16,969 nucleotides of DNA, from contig SDNP01000045.1 of assembly GCA_004524445.1 (NCBI GenBank), positions 1-16,969 on the forward strand, read 5' to 3'. Source of the DNA: Candidatus Thorarchaeota archaeon. Lineage in GTDB: Archaea; Asgardarchaeota; Thorarchaeia; Thorarchaeales; Thorarchaeaceae. The number at the start of each line of letters is the position of its first letter. Position 1 is the stretch's first letter. The notes beneath the pieces were generated by a model. It was not told the DNA's origin and ran no database searches. It saw only the letters and a list, made by a program, of their open reading frames with translations. Made by a program: the position numbers and the translations under genes. Below, in pieces: positions 15,019 through 16,969 of the stretch.

Positions 15019-16969
15019 TTTTGGAAGTCCTCTATTTGCTTTCGTAGCCCTGCAATCTTGTCGCGCAGGGCAGCTGCCTTCTCGAACTCAAGGTTACGAG
15101 CTGACTCTTTCATCTGTTCTTCAAGTTCGAGTATGTAGTCCGTCAGTTCATCTACCTCGACGGGATCATAATCGGTAACTTTCGTTTGCTTCTTAGTTAG
15201 CTTGACCGGCATTGATTGTGCGATGTCTTTGATCTCCTTCTTGATACTCTGTGGCGTCACATTCTGTTCTTCATTGTATTCTATCTGATATCTGCGTCTT
15301 CGATTCGTTTCGTCTATTGCAGACTGCATGGCGGAGGACACATGATCTGCATAGAGAAGCACACGACCATCTATGTTCCGTGCTGCTCTACCCATAGTCT
15401 GAATGAGTGCCCAGTCTGTTCGTAAGAAGCCTTCTTTGTCAGCATCTAGAATTGCAACTAATCCCACCTCGGGAAGGTCCAGGCCCTCACGAAGAAGGTT
15501 GATGCCAACGAGCACATCGAACTTACCCTGACGGAGCTCTCTGATAATCTGGATTCTCTCCACCGTACCTATGTCGGAGTGGAGATATCGAGCCATCTCT
15601 CCAGCTTCAATAAGATACTCTGTTAGCATCTCAGCCGTCTTTTTCGTGAGCGTTGTGACAAGCACTCGGTGGCCTTGACTAACCGTCTTGTTAATTTCGG
15701 CAATCAGGCTGTCAACTTGGTTCTCGATTGGCTTCACTGTAATCTCTGGGTCCACCAGCCCAGTAGGTCGCAGAAGCTGCTCAACAATCTGGGTACTCAC
15801 CTTTCTCTCATATTTGCCCGGTGTTGCACTAGTGAAGATGACATGCCGCATGTAATCTTCGAATTCTTCAAACTTCATCGGCCGATTATCAAAGGCAGAG
15901 GGGAGTCTGAATCCGTAGTCAATCAGGTTTTGCTTTCTGGAACGGTCTCCATGATACATTCCGCCGATTTGAGGAACGGTCATATGAGACTCATCGATGA
16001 TCATCAGGAAGTCATCAGAGAAGTAGTCTAAGAGGGTATAGGGCTTCTGACCCTCTGACCGCCCATCGATATGGCGAGAGTAATTCTCAATCCCCTGACA
16101 ATGACCAGTCTCTCGCAACATCTCCGTATCATAGAGCGTTCGTCTACGCAATCTGTCAGCCTCGACAAGCTTGCCTTGTTTCTTCAGTTTCTCAACACGC
16201 TCTTCCATTTCCTGTTCTATGGGATCTAGTGCCGCCATCACCTTCTCATATCGAGCCATGTGATGTCGAGCCGGATATAGCTCAAACCAGTGCTCGTCGG
16301 ATAGCCGTTTCGATGAGATAGAATCGATGATAGACAACCGTTCAATGATGTTTCCATCAAGCTCTATGCGCACCCTATTTCTTGATGCAGCAGGTTGGAC
16401 TTCAATCACGTCGCCTCGAACGCGGAAGACGCCCGGTTCCACTTCCATATCGTTTCTATCATACTGCATCTCTACCAGTCGCTCGAGCAAAGTCCTACGG
16501 TCAATCTCTCTGCCAACTTCAAGAAACATCCTGAAGTGATCGTATTCCTCTGGGTTTCCGATTCCGTAGATACATGACACTGACGCTACAACTAGCACAT
16601 CGCTTCTGGACCGAAGAGCATGCGTTGTGGAGTGGCGGAGTCGCTCAATCTCAGCGTTGATGTCAGCCTCCTTTTCGATGTACATATCCTTACTCGGGAC
16701 ATATGCCTCTGGTTGAAACCAGTCATAATATGAGACGTAGTACTCTACAGCGGAATCTGGGAAGAATTGCTTGTATTCAGAAGCTAATTGAGCAGCCAAA
16801 GTCTTATTGTGCGAGATAACCAGCGTTGGTCGATTGTATTTCTCAATCACATTAGCCATCGTGAACGTCTTTCCGGACCCGGTGACTCCGAGCAAAGTCT
16901 GAAAACGATGTCCATCTTCGAGACCCTGCGCTAGTTTTTTGATTGCCTGTGGTTGGTCGCCAGTTGGCT
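15015..16969 (-). CDS. uvrB: Excinuclease ABC subunit B, 5'-truncated by the window edge
   Basis: The frame is open upstream of the track's TTG and reads PTGDQPQAIKKL...FQTLLGVTGSGKT. Also HNKTLAAQL, beta-hairpin, IDESH, SATP, RPTGLVDP, GINLLREGLDLPEV, GRAARN and C-terminal UVR (LEFEKAAALRD). Confidence 0.98.
   Translation of the reverse strand, partial: PTGDQPQAIKKLAQGLEDGHRFQTLLGVTGSGKTFTMANVIEKYNRPTLVISHNKTLAAQLASEYKQFFPDSAVEYYVSYYDWFQPEAYVPSKDMYIEKEADINAEIERLRHSTTHALRSRSDVLVVASVSCIYGIGNPEEYDHFRMFLEVGREIDRRTLLERLVEMQYDRNDMEVEPGVFRVRGDVIEVQPAASRNRVRIELDGNIIERLSIIDSISSKRLSDEHWFELYPARHHMARYEKVMAALDPIEQEMEERVEKLKKQGKLVEADRLRRRTLYDTEMLRETGHCQGIENYSRHIDGRSEGQKPYTLLDYFSDDFLMIIDESHMTVPQIGGMYHGDRSRKQNLIDYGFRLPSAFDNRPMKFEEFEDYMRHVIFTSATPGKYERKVSTQIVEQLLRPTGLVDPEITVKPIENQVDSLIAEINKTVSQGHRVLVTTLTKKTAEMLTEYLIEAGEMARYLHSDIGTVERIQIIRELRQGKFDVLVGINLLREGLDLPEVGLVAILDADKEGFLRTDWALIQTMGRAARNIDGRVLLYADHVSSAMQSAIDETNRRRRYQIEYNEEQNVTPQSIKKEIKDIAQSMPVKLTKKQTKVTDYDPVEVDELTDYILELEEQMKESARNLEFEKAAALRDKIAGLRKQIEDFQK

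Noticed and set aside
7552-16577. Numerous antisense and alternate-frame ORFs inside the uvr genes (and similar ones inside the nitrilase, TPR and PLD genes)
   Set aside because: Shadow ORFs of well-supported genes with no independent motifs.

Overview
Gene-dense window that looks archaeal. It has GGAGGTG/GAGG ribosome-binding sites, TATA-like boxes and a Thr/Pro-linker + TM + KKKK surface anchor; an Asgard/Thorarchaeia-like origin is inference only. The right half is a minus-strand nucleotide-excision-repair cluster with unusual architecture: uvrB (5'-truncated), two divergent full-length uvrA genes in tandem coupled by ATGA overlaps, uvrC, then a 2[4Fe-4S] ferredoxin. The UvrB damage-sensing hairpin reads YYDWFQP instead of the usual YYDYYQP. 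The left half holds an MTAP-family phosphorylase whose frame continues cleanly through an in-frame TGA, and an unannotated 32-aa hyper-acidic Trp-repeat micropeptide with its own RBS and terminator, divergent from a basic ChrB_N/Cas2-fold-like protein. It also holds a nitrilase-family hydrolase, a MazG-like pyrophosphatase, a membrane protein, a TPR protein, a secreted membrane-anchored phospholipase D-family enzyme and a small hypothetical protein. No rRNA, tRNA, CRISPR array or mobile element was recognised.
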